Positions 36,017-50,200 of a stretch of 64,000 nucleotides of DNA are shown in pieces. Within the stretch, counting starts at the first letter, position 1, and each line of letters begins with the position of its first letter. A program made the translations under genes and the position numbers. This DNA is from Octopus sinensis (Eukaryota): NCBI RefSeq assembly GCF_006345805.1, contig NC_043001.1, positions 44,950,001 through 45,014,000 of the forward strand, given 5' to 3'. The notes below the pieces were generated by a model. The model saw only the letters and a program-made list of their open reading frames with translations, did no database searches and had not been told where the DNA came from.

Positions 36017-36612
36017 CCTAGAAGATGTGAGTCAAAGTAGTGAGAAATGATCTTAAAACTGCTGAGCCTCATATAGATAATGAGCCCAAGATCTCTGACA
36101 ATTTGCTGTGCTTAAGAAGACATGCCAAGCTGAATAAAATTGTGGCCATCCATATATACAGACAAGTCCTTTACGACCATGTCCCCCACTTATACACACA
36201 TATAATCTGTCCAATGTCAATCACCCCTACAAACCATCATCTCACTACCCATGATCATCACCCACTGCAGGCCCCTCCACTCCCCATCATGTACTTATCA
36301 GCACACTTTCCATGCTCTAACATATCTACTATTCCCCACTCCCCAGCCAGTCCATTTTCTCTCACCATCACTTGCTACAGCCATGTCTTCCCCATCTCTA
36401 AATGTCCGTCACACTCTTATAGAAAATCTGCCCTCACCCCTATCCCTTCTGTACTATTTATACTCCCCTCACTGTTCCCCCAGTACATTTCCAGCATCAT
36501 CCATTTCTCTCTCTCTTCTCTCTCACACACACACATGCACACACATACACACACATTCTGTCTGACTCTCGGAGTTACTCTATACTTTTGTAGGGTACAA
36601 ATTAATTATTTG

Positions 36613-36778
36613 TAAAGTATAAAAGCCATCTCAACATGGCCAACCACAAAGTGGCGGTATTACTGTAGCTATCTAACCCCAGGAGATCGATGTCTCCAAC
36701 TGGATCTCCTGGGGCTAAATAGCTACAGTGACACCCCTACTTTGTGGTTGGCCATGTTGAGATGGTTTTTATACTTTA
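36613..36778. mobile_element. hairpin MITE
   Basis: Near-perfect 166-bp palindrome with a 14-nt loop and TA ends. Confidence 0.75.
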
Positions 36779-37242
36779 TGTTGTTGAGCGGTTACTGTTT
36801 ACATCTCGCTCTGAGATTTAATAAATTAATTATTCATATACAAGAATGTTGTTGACAGTGACTTTGAAATTTCAACCAGCTATGTCATTATCAGACTGCA
36901 ATGCATTGGAGTTAATTTTGCCTTTAGAGAGTCTCCTTTGAGTTAAAATCATCTTTGGGTGTGTGGGTTTGAGGTGGGTGGTAATTAGATTTTTTGTTTT
37001 GGAAAAATTTATATTGATTAAATTTGGGCTTATGGTATTGTTCAGAATTTATTTATGCATGCAGAACTTTGTAAACAAAAGTACAAGATGTGACAGTATT
37101 TTTGTTGCTTTAGGTATAATGGGATTTAATCCTTTTGCTTTGACAATATTAAGGTCAAAGGCACAAAGGCAACCCGTCCATAAGACTTATAAATCCTTCG
37201 AAACTGGACAGAGGTGTAATTAGTAAAAAAATAAAAAATCAT

Positions 37243-37567
37243 AGGTGCAGGAGTGGCTGTCTGGTAAGAAGCTTGCTTCCCAACCACATGGTTCTGGGTT
37301 CAGTCCCACTGTGTGGAACCTTGGGCAAGTGTCTTCTACTATACCCTTGGACCAACCAAAGCCTTGTGAGTGGATTTGGTAAATGGAAACTGAATGAAAC
37401 CCATCGTATGTGTGTGTGTGTGTGTGTGTGCGCGCGCTCGAGCGTGTGTGTTTCTGTGTCTTTGTTTGTCCTCCCCACCATCACTTGACAGCCGATGTTG
37501 GTGTTTATGTCCCCATAACATAGCGGTTCGGCAAAAGAGACCAACAGACTAAGTACTAGGCTTACAA
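37243..37567 (+). mobile_element. tRNA-derived SINE family 1
   Basis: Same head and body, 3' truncated. Confidence 0.85.
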
Positions 37568-37994
37568 ACGACCACATTCAATTGCCTATTCTTCCATTCC
37601 AGTTTCACTAAATGAAATTTTTTTATACCATATGAGTATCAAACTTAAACTACTTCCTCATACTCTTGAGAATCAATGTAGATGTGAGGTCAAGTGGATT
37701 TCCGATTATAGTCATTGTTGATTAGGTTAATAAAGACTTCAGTAGTCAACTGTTGTACTTCAGTATATCTTGCTAGTCAATTAACACATAGCAAACATAG
37801 AGAGTATCTGAGGTTATTTAAGGGAGGGGATTGTGCCTGGAGTGGGGGACTGATTGAACTTTAGTTTGAGTAAGGTCTGTCAGCACTGATTCTTATGTCA
37901 TCCATCTCCACAAAATTTCAAACATAATAAGTGAAGCATACTGCACTTAGCTTCGTGTTTCACAGCATGAAATGATTGAAGGAATTTATCTGTT

Positions 37995-38402
37995 TCTTAT
38001 TTCTTTATTGCCCACAAGGGGCTAAACATAGAGGGGACAAACAAGGACAGACAAAGGGATTAAGTCGATTACATCAATCCCCAGTGCGTAACTGGTACTT
38101 AATTTATCGACCTCGAAAGGATGAAAGGCAAAGTCGACCTCGGTGGAATTTGAACTCAGGACATAATGGCAGACGAAATACCTATTTCTTTACTACCCAC
38201 AAGGGGCTAAACACAGAGAGGACAAACAAGGACAGATAAATGGATTAAGTCGATTATATCAATCCCAGTACTTAATTTATCGACCCCGAAAGTATGAAAG
38301 GTAAAGTTGACCTCAGCGGAATTTGAACTCAGAATGTAATGGCAGACAAAATACTGCTAAGCATTTCATCCGGCGTGCTAACATTTCTGCCAGCTCACCG
38401 CC
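37995..38402 (-). mobile_element. SINE family 2 with tandem-duplicated 3' module
   Basis: Two head-to-tail units of about 190 bp (38005-38185, 38190-38400). Confidence 0.85.
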
Positions 38403-39569
38403 TTTATCTGTTTCTGACCACTAAGATAACAATGTCACTTCATTACAGCCTGAAGGTTACCCAACTGTGAAATCAAATTATCCAACACAAAAGAAAAGAG
38501 CGAAAGCCCATCCATCCACTCACAATGGTATATAAAAATAGTTGGAAATTTATAAAAAAAAAAAAATAAAAAAAAGGAAAAGCATAACAAAAAGCATAAA
38601 ACAGAGCTTTACTTGTTGGCTTGTCTTGACATCAGTTGTCATTGATGGTTGAGTTTTGACCCATTAGCATTCAGATTACTCTGTCAAATGTAATACTTAC
38701 AAATGTTTTGAATTATTTTGAATCATGCATTATTTTGTACCTTTGAGATTTTGATGATAGGATTGTTTACTTTTAGTTTAAAATTGTAGGGTAGGTGGCA
38801 TAAGAGAGCAGATTTGACCAGTTTGAACATAAAACAGAATACTTTGGTTGGATATGCCCAGTTTAAAGTTAAAAGGTAAAAGTATATACTGATTTAATTC
38901 TGTTATAAACTGATGTCCCCATCTAAGAAATGAGTGACAGATGTCTTCTCAAAACTAAACCATTCTGCATTGTGAAAGTTTAACTAAGCTACTAGACATG
39001 GATGAAGAAGTCACGGCCTTTGAAACCCATAATTGTTGCCTTCTGAAAGAAGTTTGGATTTTGCATTTAAAAACAAAAACATTCTTGTTGATTACATAAT
39101 AGTATATGTATTCTGTTAGCCTATTGGTCGACAGTTTTAGAACATTGGACAGAATGTAATGCAAAGCTTTTTCTAGATCTCTGCATTCTGTGTTCAAATC
39201 CTGCCAAGGTCAGCCTTGCCTTTAATCCTTTCAGGGTTGATTAATAAAGTACCAGCCTAGTGCTGGTACAGCCCCCTCTCCTACCTGTCACATTCTGGAT
39301 ATTTGATATGGTAGAGACTGGGAGGGCATAAATATTTTCTAAGATTTTTTATGCTTACAACATTAAACATGTTAACACTGACTTAACTATCATGGTAGAT
39401 GGTGTCCACTAAAGTTTTGTGCAACATTTTATAAAGAGTCAGCAACTGTTTTTATCTATTTTATATCACAATGAGTGAACAACAGTGTCAGTCATTCAGT
39501 CACTAGTTTTTTGCATTTCTGATGGGGTTTTTTTCTATTCTTACTAACATTTGTATTATTTGGTCCAGA

Positions 39570-40500
39570 TATGCGAGTGGAAAATAACTGGGACAGGATG
39601 ATGAACAGAGTGACCCATCTCATCCAGAAGTGGTCTGAGAGAAAGCTATCTCTGAAAGGTCAAGCAAAGGTGGTGAACGCTTACATTGACACCTGTTTGT
39701 TGTGTCTTGCTCCAATTCACTTTTGACTGGACTGGAGCACATGCTCTTCCACTTTCTGAGGAAGGGATATATTCCACTAGTCAGGTGATCGATTTGCTGT
39801 CAATACCTGTTGTGTGGAGGACTGGGTATGCCATTGCTGATGATGTGCAGGCAAGTGCCGAGCTTACATCATCTCCAGCAATTCCTTGATAGTAACAGGT
39901 GTGGTCACTGTTTATCAGACAGGTTTTTCAAAAACTTATTGCTTTGACTAAGGTACAGTTGTGGATCAAGCAAAGATCAAGAAAGGGCACTTAGCACCTG
40001 GAATGTTGTCAAGTGCTTAGAGTCAGGCTGTACAGTTGGTAGAAGTTCCTCCATGGCATTCTATAGAGGGTTAGTAGAAGGCAAGAGTAACAACATTCCA
40101 AGGGAAACTGGATGCCTACAAAAATCAACTGTCTGATCTGTTCTGGAAGACTTTTGTACCAAACCCAAGAATAATTTCCATACATTCCTAGCCTGGCTGT
40201 GCTGGTCCAAGATAAACTTTACAGGTACAGAAGCCTTAGATGCACACAGATTAATGAAACTGTTCTACATACACTCATCTAATGTCCAAGCATTACTGAC
40301 TTGAGTTATGCCAAACACCTGCTCTTACATATAGGAAGGATATAGCTATCAGCTAAGTCCATTATGAAAATCATTCCACTACCTTCCTTTGGCTGGGAAG
40401 GACAAGCAGTGTTTATCTGATGGCCTTAGTGGAAGAGGTTGCATGGTGGACCAGATTGAAAGAGCTGATACCTTCCTTTTTGACCAAACCTTCAACAAAT
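39570..40500 (+). mobile_element. L1/Tx1-like LINE remnant
   Basis: NWDRMMNRVTHLIQKWSERKLSLKGQAKVVNAYI is a typical L1/Tx1 post-RT motif. Downstream sequence is highly degraded. Confidence 0.6.
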
Positions 40501-41676
40501 ATTTTTAAGTTCCACTTGAAAGGTAAGTGAGAGTAGAGAGAGAAGACTTATCTTCTGACAAATTCGTTGAAAGATAGGCAAGAGTGAATGGGCCAACTCC
40601 GAGCATGTGCCTATAAATTAGAGAACAAAAGGGAAAAGGGATTTGCTTTAGTGGTGAGGGTGACTGGTTTTGTAGGGTTCCCATGAGCAATTCTTGGAAG
40701 CCTCTCTTATTGGGGGAATTATTCATTGCTGGAATTTATTGTCCCTGTAATTCTTCCATTTACACACTCTTTTATGTAATCCCACATTGTATTGTCCCTT
40801 AACAACCTCAATCTTTTCCTAAATCCTTAGTGATTCATAAAGAAAACATCATTATTGATGTTGTTGTTGCTATTATTATTGGATAAAAGAAATCATTGTG
40901 ATTATTGTTATTATCATTATTATTATTGTTATTTTTATTCATTTATTGTTACGTAGATTGACTGTAATAAGCAAACAATAAAATGATGCCAACAAAAGTT
41001 TGAACTACTGACCTCTGAAGTAGTTAAGTTGACACTCCTAGCTACTTTGCCATACTGCACCATGTAATTTCATGTAATTATTCCAACCTCCAACAACAAT
41101 TCCATACCATGCCTTTCTCCCTTATTTCTCTAACTCTCTGTTTGTACTCAACATATTTCTCCCCCCCCCCTCTCATTTCTTTCTGCTTCCCATGTTTTAC
41201 CTTTTGATTGTTCTTTTAATTTTTTCTGCCCCTCTCTTTTTTTTTACTAACTCTCTCTCCCACCTGTTTCTCTTTCTTTTCGTTATTCTCTCTCTCTTTT
41301 TTCTCTCCTTCTCTCGCTATCTATCTATCAGTCTGTCTATCTATCTATTTTTCTCTCTCCCATCTCTTTTTTCTCTATCCCTCTTTCCACCCACCTCTCT
41401 CTCAAATTCATTCACTCTCTCTCTCTTTCACCACTTTTTCCCTCCCACTCTGCCCAATTCAACCAATCATAAAAAGAGTTTAATGGCCCATTTGTACTGA
41501 GGTTCAATTTATTTAGCTTAAATAGTTTAAATTGGTCAAAGTTGACACCAAACTTTCGTTTATAATTGTCTAAAATTCTTTCATCAAAAACCCCAATTAA
41601 TATCAAAAGATGCTTTTTCTTAGTTCAAGCATACAATATATGCATGTCTGCATACACACAAACACACACACACACA

Positions 41677-41712
<36 letters not shown>

Positions 41713-41970
41713 TATATATTATGGTTGCCCCCTCGTTATCGAGTATGGCCATTGCATGAAGCTTAACTGTTACTGGTGCTGTGATCGAATGTGACTTTTT
41801 AGCCCAGCTAAAGATCTACAATGTCTTGTTCAGAATTGGCAACTAAAACCTTTACCGGGAATAGCTGGCTGTAGTTGTAACTGGGCTTCATGTACCTTTG
41901 CGTGTTGTTTAAGTCCTCCTGCCGAATTACACTCTCTTCCACATGCATACACACAAACACACACATACAC

Positions 41971-42036
<66 letters not shown>

Positions 42037-42075
42037 TATACACATACATACATACATGTATATATATACATATAT

Positions 42076-42110
<35 letters not shown>

Positions 42111-42112
42111 AA

Positions 42113-43008
42113 GCATGCAGTTCAATGCTGAAAAGTTTCAAGCTTTATGCTATCAGCATCAAAACTAAATGCAATACCCAATGAATACACTGGACCTGGA
42201 GGGATTGCAATCCCAGAGGCACAATCAGTGCGAGACCTGGGTATTTACATGAGTGATGATGCAACCTTTCATGTGCATGTTGCTAAATTGGCAATGAAAT
42301 GTAGGCGGCTGACTGGATGGATTCTTAGAACAAGAGACCAGGAAACCATGATGGTCCTCTGGAGGACACTTGTCCTAAGCCACTTTGACTATTGCTCTCA
42401 GCTATGGTCACCATCCAGTGTCAAGTTAATCACAGAACTTGAGGCGATCCAACGAAGCTACACGAAGAAGATAGCCTCTGTGCAGCATATAAGCTACTGG
42501 GAAAGACTCAAGAGATTAAGACTCTATTCCTTAGAGCATAGGTGAGAAAGATATGCCATAATATACATCTGGAAGATCCTAGAAGGACTTGTCCCAAACT
42601 TTGGCATCGAGAGTTACACAAATGCCAGAACTGGGCGCCACTGCAGAGTGCCAAGGACTCCAAATTTGCCATCAAGATGTAGGACAAGACACTGTGATAG
42701 CCTGGGCTTCCAAGGCCCACAGCTCTTCAATATCCTCCCGAAGAACCTAAGAGACCTGCATGGGGTGGATGCAGATGTCTTTAAAATAAAACTGGATCTC
42801 TTCTTGTCAGGTGTCCCAGATGAACCAACTTCACGGCAGGAGGTGCAGATGAGGGCAGCTGCATCGAACTCTCTCATGCACCAAATGGCAGTTGCTAAAA
42901 AGCATTCGTGAAGTAAAATCATGTAGCAACACCAAATGGCGGTGCCCCAGCATGGCCACAACTTGTGAGCTGAAACTAGATAAAAATAAAAAATAAAAAA
43001 TAAAATAA

Positions 43009-43010
<2 letters not shown>
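42113..43010 (+). mobile_element. CR1-clade LINE 3' end
   Basis: MQFNAEKF...VRDLGIY...VLSHFDYCSQLWSP...LEAIQRSYTK...YWERLKRLRLYSLE, followed by an A-rich tail. Confidence 0.88.
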
Positions 43011-43042
<32 letters not shown>

Positions 43043-43053
43043 GATATATATAT

Positions 43054-43086
<33 letters not shown>

Positions 43087-43106
43087 GTATATACATATAT
43101 ATATAT

Positions 43107-43243
43107 ATCATCATCATCGTTTAATGTCCATTTTCCATGCTAGCATGGGTTGGACGGTCCAACTGGGGTCTGGGAAGCCAGGAGGCTGCGCCAGGCCCAG
43201 TCTGATCTGCCAGTGTTTCTACAGCTGGATGCCCTTCATAACA

Positions 43244-43248
<5 letters not shown>
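43107..43248 (-). mobile_element. RTE 3'-UTR fragment
   Basis: Same family as 2600-2865. Confidence 0.8.
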
Positions 43249-43306
<58 letters not shown>

Positions 43307-43605
43307 GTATGTACAAAATATTTAACATACCAGCAAAATGCAAACACACACATAGCTACATGGCTATATATACACATACATACAATTACAAGCACACACA
43401 TACATATTCTTTTATTCTTTGATTTGTCTCTGTCATTGGGATGCAACCATGCTAGGAAACCTCCTAGAGGAGTTATCTGATTAAATCAACCCCAATACTT
43501 ACTTTATGGGTATCTTTTTGCTAAACTTTTAAGTTATGACGATGCAAGGGAATCAATGATGGTTGTCAGGTAGTGTGAGACAAATACCAAAACACACACA
43601 CACAC

Positions 43606-43650
<45 letters not shown>

Positions 43651-43998
43651 TCTATCCATGTGTGTGCTCATGCACACATACATACATGTGTACACACACA
43701 CACAGACAGACATTGTCAGTAGTTCATATATTTGAAAAAAAAAGCACACCCAAAAGCAGTAGTTTCCAAACTTTTTCAGGCCATTGCCTCCTTGGAACCC
43801 ATACCTCATTCCTAGTGCCCTCTACCCCTCCATACCACAAACATAAACCACTTTCAGCAGCAAATTCAAAACAATTTATTTCACAAATAAAGCTTAACCA
43901 AACTAACCCATTATTTATTATTTTTTTTACATCTACCACCCCCTTTTTGCCTCCCCGTTATTGCTCCACTTCTCTTAAACGTCCCCCTCCTCACCCAA

Positions 43999-44133
43999 TG
44001 GATCTTTCACACATCCCTTGCCAAGAGGGCAGTACCTCCCACTGGATCTTTCCCCGCACCCCTCACCAAGAGGGCAGTACCTCCCACTGGATCTTTCATG
44101 TACCCCTCATCAAGAGGGCAGTACTTCCCACTG
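43999..44133. repeat. 44-bp minisatellite, 3 copies
   Basis: GGATCTTTC...CCAAGAGGGCAGTACCTCCCACT repeated. Confidence 0.85.
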
Positions 44134-44500
44134 CTATAAAGAATTAGTGCAGTAATATATTTTTTAAGAAGTTAAATGTGTTATGACCAGTCAGAGAGTG
44201 ACCATTGGTTTGGCAACTATAAAGTGCTTAACATTTAACTTCCTAATATATATATATATACAGAGAGAAAGAGAGAGAGTAAGGGAGATGGAGAGAGAGA
44301 GAAAGAGAGAGAGTACATACATCAAACATAATTTTTTAGCACGTGTCATTTCTAGCTTTAAATTCATTTGTTTGTGCATTTAAAGTGATTTATTGAAACT
44401 TGTTTCCTCATTTTGGTTGTTATAAGTCACAATGTTTCACCATTGTATCCTGCAGCCCTTTGAAGTACCTGATATCTCCAGTTATATGCATACATGCGTG

Positions 44501-44536
<36 letters not shown>

Positions 44537-44621
44537 CGTACGTATTTATTGACTGGATTTGGAATGAATCTTATGTCCAACATTAATGCCAGAACTTTCA
44601 CCTTATTAAATAACTGGTTAT

Positions 44622-44830
44622 TCTTCTCTTTACTCTTTTACTCTTTTACTTGTTTCAGTCATTTGACTGGAGCACCGCCTTTAGTCGAGCAAATCGACCC
44701 CGGGACTTATTCTTTGTAAGCCCAGTACTTATTCTATCGGTCTCTTTTGCCGAACCGCTAAGTGACGGGGACGTAAACACACCAGCATTGGTTGTCAAGC
44801 AATGCTAGGGGACAAACACAGACACACAAT

Positions 44831-44870
<40 letters not shown>

Positions 44871-45032
44871 TACGACAGGCTTCTTTCAGTTTCCGTCTAC
44901 CAAATCCACTCACAAGGCATTGGTCGGCCTGGGGCTATAGCAGAAGACACTTGCCCAAGATGCCACGCAGTGGGACTGAACCCGGAACCATGTGGTTGGT
45001 TAGCAAGCTACTTACCACACAGCCACTCCTGC
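44622..45032 (-). mobile_element. tRNA-derived SINE family 1 (young, CpG-intact copy)
   Basis: Full-length reverse complement of 22776-23173. Confidence 0.9.
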
Positions 45033-45574
45033 GCCTTCTGATCATATTTACTAAAAAACAACTATTATACTAAGATTTTTCTACAAACAACATGGCTGGA
45101 CTTGACAATTTGAACAACACTGTTGAAGAATCAATATATCAAAAAAAAAAATTAAAATTCTAGAAAAGTAAACAAAATCTTTTTAGTTGCTTACTATGGG
45201 AAAAACCAGAACTATAAAGTGCTTATTTCTTTGACTTATGAAATTCATAATGACTTAAGTTAATTATTATAAAACAGCAATGCAAGATCTAGCTGTTGGT
45301 TATATGAGCAGAATGAAAGCATACTGCAATGAACAACAGTTTAAGCTAAATTACTTTATGGCAAAACAATTATACCAACAAGGAACATTTGACAAACCCA
45401 AGGGGGAAGTCAATGACTGTAATTTATTCTGAAAAGTTACGTATAATTTTATCCTTCAAAATGTAAACACTATACAAATTATACCACTCAAACATTTTTT
45501 CTTGAACAGACATTGCTTTCAACAACATTGATATTGTGTGACAACAGACCAAGTTTCAATTGTTGTGTTACTTT

Positions 45575-45865
45575 GCAGCTAGGTTGGACATCCTACAGCT
45601 GCTATGATACCTCATGGTCAGGCTGACCGCCCTACATCTACTATGTCACCTTGTGGTCAGGCTGACTGGCCTACACCTGCTATGTTACCTTACAGTTAAG
45701 TTGACCACCTTACAGCTGCTATGCTACTTTGCAGTCAGGCTGACCACCCTACAGCCGCTATGCTACCTTGCAGTTAGATTAACCATCCTACTGCTGCTAT
45801 ATTATCCCTCATTCAGGCTGACCATCCTACAGCTGCTGGTATGTTACTTTGCAGCCAGGCTGATC
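45575..45865. repeat. 39-bp minisatellite, about 7 copies
   Basis: Consensus AGTCAGGCTGACCATCCTACAGCTGCTATGCTACCTTGC. Confidence 0.85.
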
Positions 45866-46159
45866 ATCAACAACATGCTGTCAGTGAGTCTAATAATGGC
45901 AACAATGACAATAAAATATGCAGTATGAGTTGGAAGAGGGAGGAGCATAAACAAATGAAATTTAAAAAAAATATTAGGACAAGAAGACAGCTTGGTAAAG
46001 GGGGTATGCAACTAGCTAGCTTGGAAGTGTGTGTGTGGAGGGCATTGTTGTAGCAGAGAAGAAGTTGCACTTTAGTGACTTCAGTGAGGCAATAGTTGAA
46101 GTGCATTGATGAGTGAATTATAACCAGTCAAATGAATTTCCATTTTTGGATGTAATGTA

Positions 46160-46427
46160 TATGCGTGCCAGCTGGCGTCCATGTCGGTGACATGTAAAAA
46201 GCACCAACCGATCGTGGCCGTTTGCCAGCCTGCTGTGCCGGTGGCACGTAAAAAACACCCACTACACTCATGGAGTGGTTGGCGCTAGGAAGGGCATCCA
46301 GCTGTAGAAACACTGCCAAATCAGACTAGAGCCTGGTGCAGCCTCCATGTCTTCCAGACCCCGGTCGAACCATCCAACCCATGCTAGCGTGGAAAACAGA
46401 TGTTAAATGATGATGATGATGATGATG
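46160..46427 (+). mobile_element. RTE 3'-UTR fragment
   Basis: Reverse complement of 2600-2865, ending in (GAT)n. Confidence 0.8.
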
Positions 46428-46479
46428 TAACATTAGCATCATATATGTGAGTAAGTACTTCAGTGTGAGTCTAACTTTA

Positions 46480-47250
46480 GCTCTGTATTAAGTTAGCAAC
46501 TGATTAAGGCTGAAGTATTTTGTGACTTTGAAGAAGAATCTTAGCCTTTGTAATAGTTATGGCAATGGTATGTATGTAGAGGTCACTATGAAGAGATAAT
46601 CAGATACCACAAAAGCTAGCACTTCTTTTGATGTTAATGGTTTTGATAATGTGCTGTTCAGGACTAAAGACAATGAGTGACAAAACATTTTCAGCGATAC
46701 ATGTAGTCTTGATGTTGTTGAAGGAGACAAGGCTGTCATATCCCCATTGAAGTATGTTCTCAGGGTCTCTGATCATGGAGGTTGTATGGAAACATTACTA
46801 AACAATGTGAACATCAGCCATCATAAAGATTGAGTCCCAGAGGATTTTGTTGGCACATGCTGCAATGGTGTAATCTGGCAGGAAGTTTCCAATTCAAGAA
46901 ATAGAAGGAACATATATACCTTAGAAGTTTTGATATGAAACTCCAAAAGAAATATTCCTTTTACTAAAGTTCTCATTGACATATGAGAACAAGTCTTCAG
47001 AAGATCTGCTTTTATGAAAGTCATACTAATGGTCACTGAAGAGGTAGATAAACTAAATGTGATGGAGAAGGGGAGTATTAACACTTTTAAGTCATTGAAA
47101 GTGAAAGCAGTAAATCGGTAGTTTATAGGGACAAACTGGTTGCTTTTTTTGTGGGATAGGACATTGTACAGTGTTTCCAAAGATTGGGATGCATTCCTAT
47201 AAAGTCAGGGAGACAGACACAAAGAGTAAGTGAGAGACAGAGACAGACAG
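46480..47250 (-). mobile_element. CR1/L2-like RT remnant
   Basis: DPENILQWGYDSLVSFNNIKT.C resembles the CR1/L2 motif DL..I..WG..NLV.FN..KT. Heavily degraded. Confidence 0.5.
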
Positions 47251-50200
47251 ATTGATGAGTTTGGTAAAGGCATCAGCTAACTCTGGACTGCATTGTTTGA
47301 AGGTGATAGAACGGGTGTTGTGAAGTTAGATCACTCTTTTGTGATTGTGTGTCCTAAGTTTTGTGCAGCAGTAAAATTGTGTGAGTAGAGGAGAGATTAG
47401 AGACATAAAAGAAAGAAATTTGAGAATTTTTTATAAAAGTTTACTTTTTATGTAGTAGCAAATACTACCTTGAAACAATAGAATAGATTTGAAAACACCA
47501 TGTTACAAACAACTGTATATTTGTTAAGTCGGTACTCTTAAGTTTAAATCTATCAAGTTGTATCTTATTTCCCAGAGTAAGAGTAATTATTCTTGTAGAA
47601 ATAATGATGACAGAGTAGTGGATATCTGATATACCAATTTGTTGAAACAAAAGATTTGAACTATAAAGTGGTGAAATAGGAATCTGTAATGTTTAGGAGG
47701 AAGAACATTTCAGATTACCACATCTAGATACACAACAATGAATAAAAGATATTTTGGTCACAGATGAAAATCTTTAGTCATAGGTCAGCTTTACCAGAGT
47801 CGACTTTGGACTAAGCGACAGCAAGATATTTTACACTAGCATAAAGATTTTGGTTTTTTCATCAAAGAAAGAAAATGACACAAGCTGAAATGTGTGTGTG
47901 TGTGTGTGTGTAACATCCATACTAACGTATGTTATATTCAAATGTCAGTACAAAACATTGAAAGTATTACAAAATAACAATTTACTGCATAAATCACATT
48001 TATTGGAATATCATTGATTCACTGATGAAAGTTTTCAAAGTCTACTTGATGGTATAAACTGCCGAACTGTCTTGATATACAACCAATGTCCCTCTACTTG
48101 GTTTGGAGCAAGCATTTGTGAATGATCAACAGTTGCTCAAGTGTAGGAATGAGTGTAAAAATATTTCCAAGTTCAAATCTGACCCAGGTTGATTCAGTTA
48201 TTCATTTTTCTTCAAAAATGGTACAATATAAAAATTATATAATAAAATCAAGATGAATAAAGTCAGACATAGTTTAAGGACAAGCAAGAGTTCAAATCTT
48301 AACAAAGTTGATTTAATGGTTCATTTCTTCAGAAGATGAGGGTTTGGAATGATAATATAGGAACTGGCAGTGCTTATATGAACAGCATATATGTTGACTT
48401 ATTTAGAGATTTATGGTTTTTTGGCTATCATATTCATTTACCACCACAGATTCATTTGACAAAATAGAGTGAGTTCTTCAAAAATTCTTTACAAAAATCA
48501 CAACACATACCACAGAGGGAGCATCTGTATAGTTACTTGACATACTGAATATCGCAACCAAATCTCTCTTACTAAATTTGTTCTCCACTTTATATCCTTA
48601 GGATATGAACCAAAAGAGCCAGTAAGGTAACTCCTATGTAGTTGGTTGACTTGCTAAATGTAGCAGTTAGATTTCTTCAACATGAACTCCATATTGTTTT
48701 TAAAATACGAACCACTAGTTGTTTGGACAATATATTTACAATAGAGGTGGAAAGACTGGCCACAGCTAAAAATGCAGATCAAATGCTTTATTTGATCAAC
48801 AATCTAGTTCTATATCGGCTCATGCAGAATTGACCAGAGTTACTTAACAACAATGATAACAACCACACTTACAACAATGACAATACCAACATAAAAACAA
48901 ATAATAACAGGTTCTGTAGCTGACTGGAATGTTACATGGTTGTCAGCTTGAGTTAGTAATTCCAAGGTTAAAATGTAAGACACTCTTGAGGTTTATTTGA
49001 AACCAGTGGATTAAGGTCTCAATGACATACATTTCTTTCTGATATCGGTAGAATTTACTTTATTTACAAGAAGTCAGTAGAAATGGTAGAAAAAATATAA
49101 ATAAAACATTTTACTTTTGGAAGTTGTTTAAGAATTAATATAGCGATTTGTAAAACAGATTAAAAAGACTAGTATGACTCCACAAAAAATGAATAACCAA
49201 GAAAGGGTATCACACAGTTTGTAGGAAGGCAGGAAAAATGGTAAGTCTTCTTTTTTTTTTAAGAAGAAGACAGAAATAATGGCTGGTTAAATGAATGAAA
49301 ATATTACAATTCTAAGAAGAATGAGTTGGAAGATAGTCATTTTGAGTGTCAAAAAAAAAAAAAAAAGGAAGAATCTGCTGCAGAAACAACTGAAAGACTC
49401 TTATATATGAATGAGGTGTCTTAAGTTGAAGACTTGTAATTGAAAAAATTGGTCAAAATTTTTGACGTATTAGGGAATGTATGAGAAATTTAAAACTTAG
49501 AATCATTTCATTCTTTCCATTGTCAAATGTTTATATAATCATCTAGTTTGTATCAGAGATTTTTAAATAAACAAAAATATTTTAAAAAATAGGTAAATAA
49601 TTTTTTTTTAATATTAAACCAACAATTAAATATATCAAAAAGTTATTCTTTATTAAATGTTCCTAGTTTCTACTCTCAGAAACAGTAACAATGCCTTTTT
49701 TCTCAAGTTCTCTTCTCTCCTGTTGATTTTATATGGTAGACAAAGTTTCTTATCAATTATATGCTTGTTGTTGAAGTTATTGTGACTCTTTTTTAAAAAA
49801 TTAATTTTATACTAAATATAAAATAAAAATCTTTGACCAAGTCAAACTTAGAAATAGTACTGAAGTCTTGTAATTCAGTGGAATGGTTTGCTGTGGATAT
49901 TTGGTATCAGTTATCATTTTGCTGGTATACAATATCTGCAAGAAGAAATATAAATATAAACAATTTAAAACCATTTCTCCTGATAATATATAGAAAGAAA
50001 AAGCAAGGTTTAATACAAATATATGGCAAGTGCACATAGCAAGATCTGTAGAGTGCTGGGAAAACAGTACCTTTCCTATCTTAAAATCTTATCCAGGTTC
50101 ACTTTCCCTTTCATCTTTCTCAAGTCAAATAAATTAGTTCTAGTCAATATAATACTGGTGTTAATCTAATCAAGTCACAACATAAGTGTTTTGTTATGAT

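Noticed and set aside
38955-39042. Minus-strand acceptor followed by short frames (KATIMGFKGRDFFIHV*, GNNYGFQRP*)
   Set aside because: No linked upstream exon; too short to support.
41412-41606. Protein-like ORF ILIGVFDERILDNYKRKFG...
   Set aside because: No convincing splice sites or recognisable family, and it runs into (GA)n.
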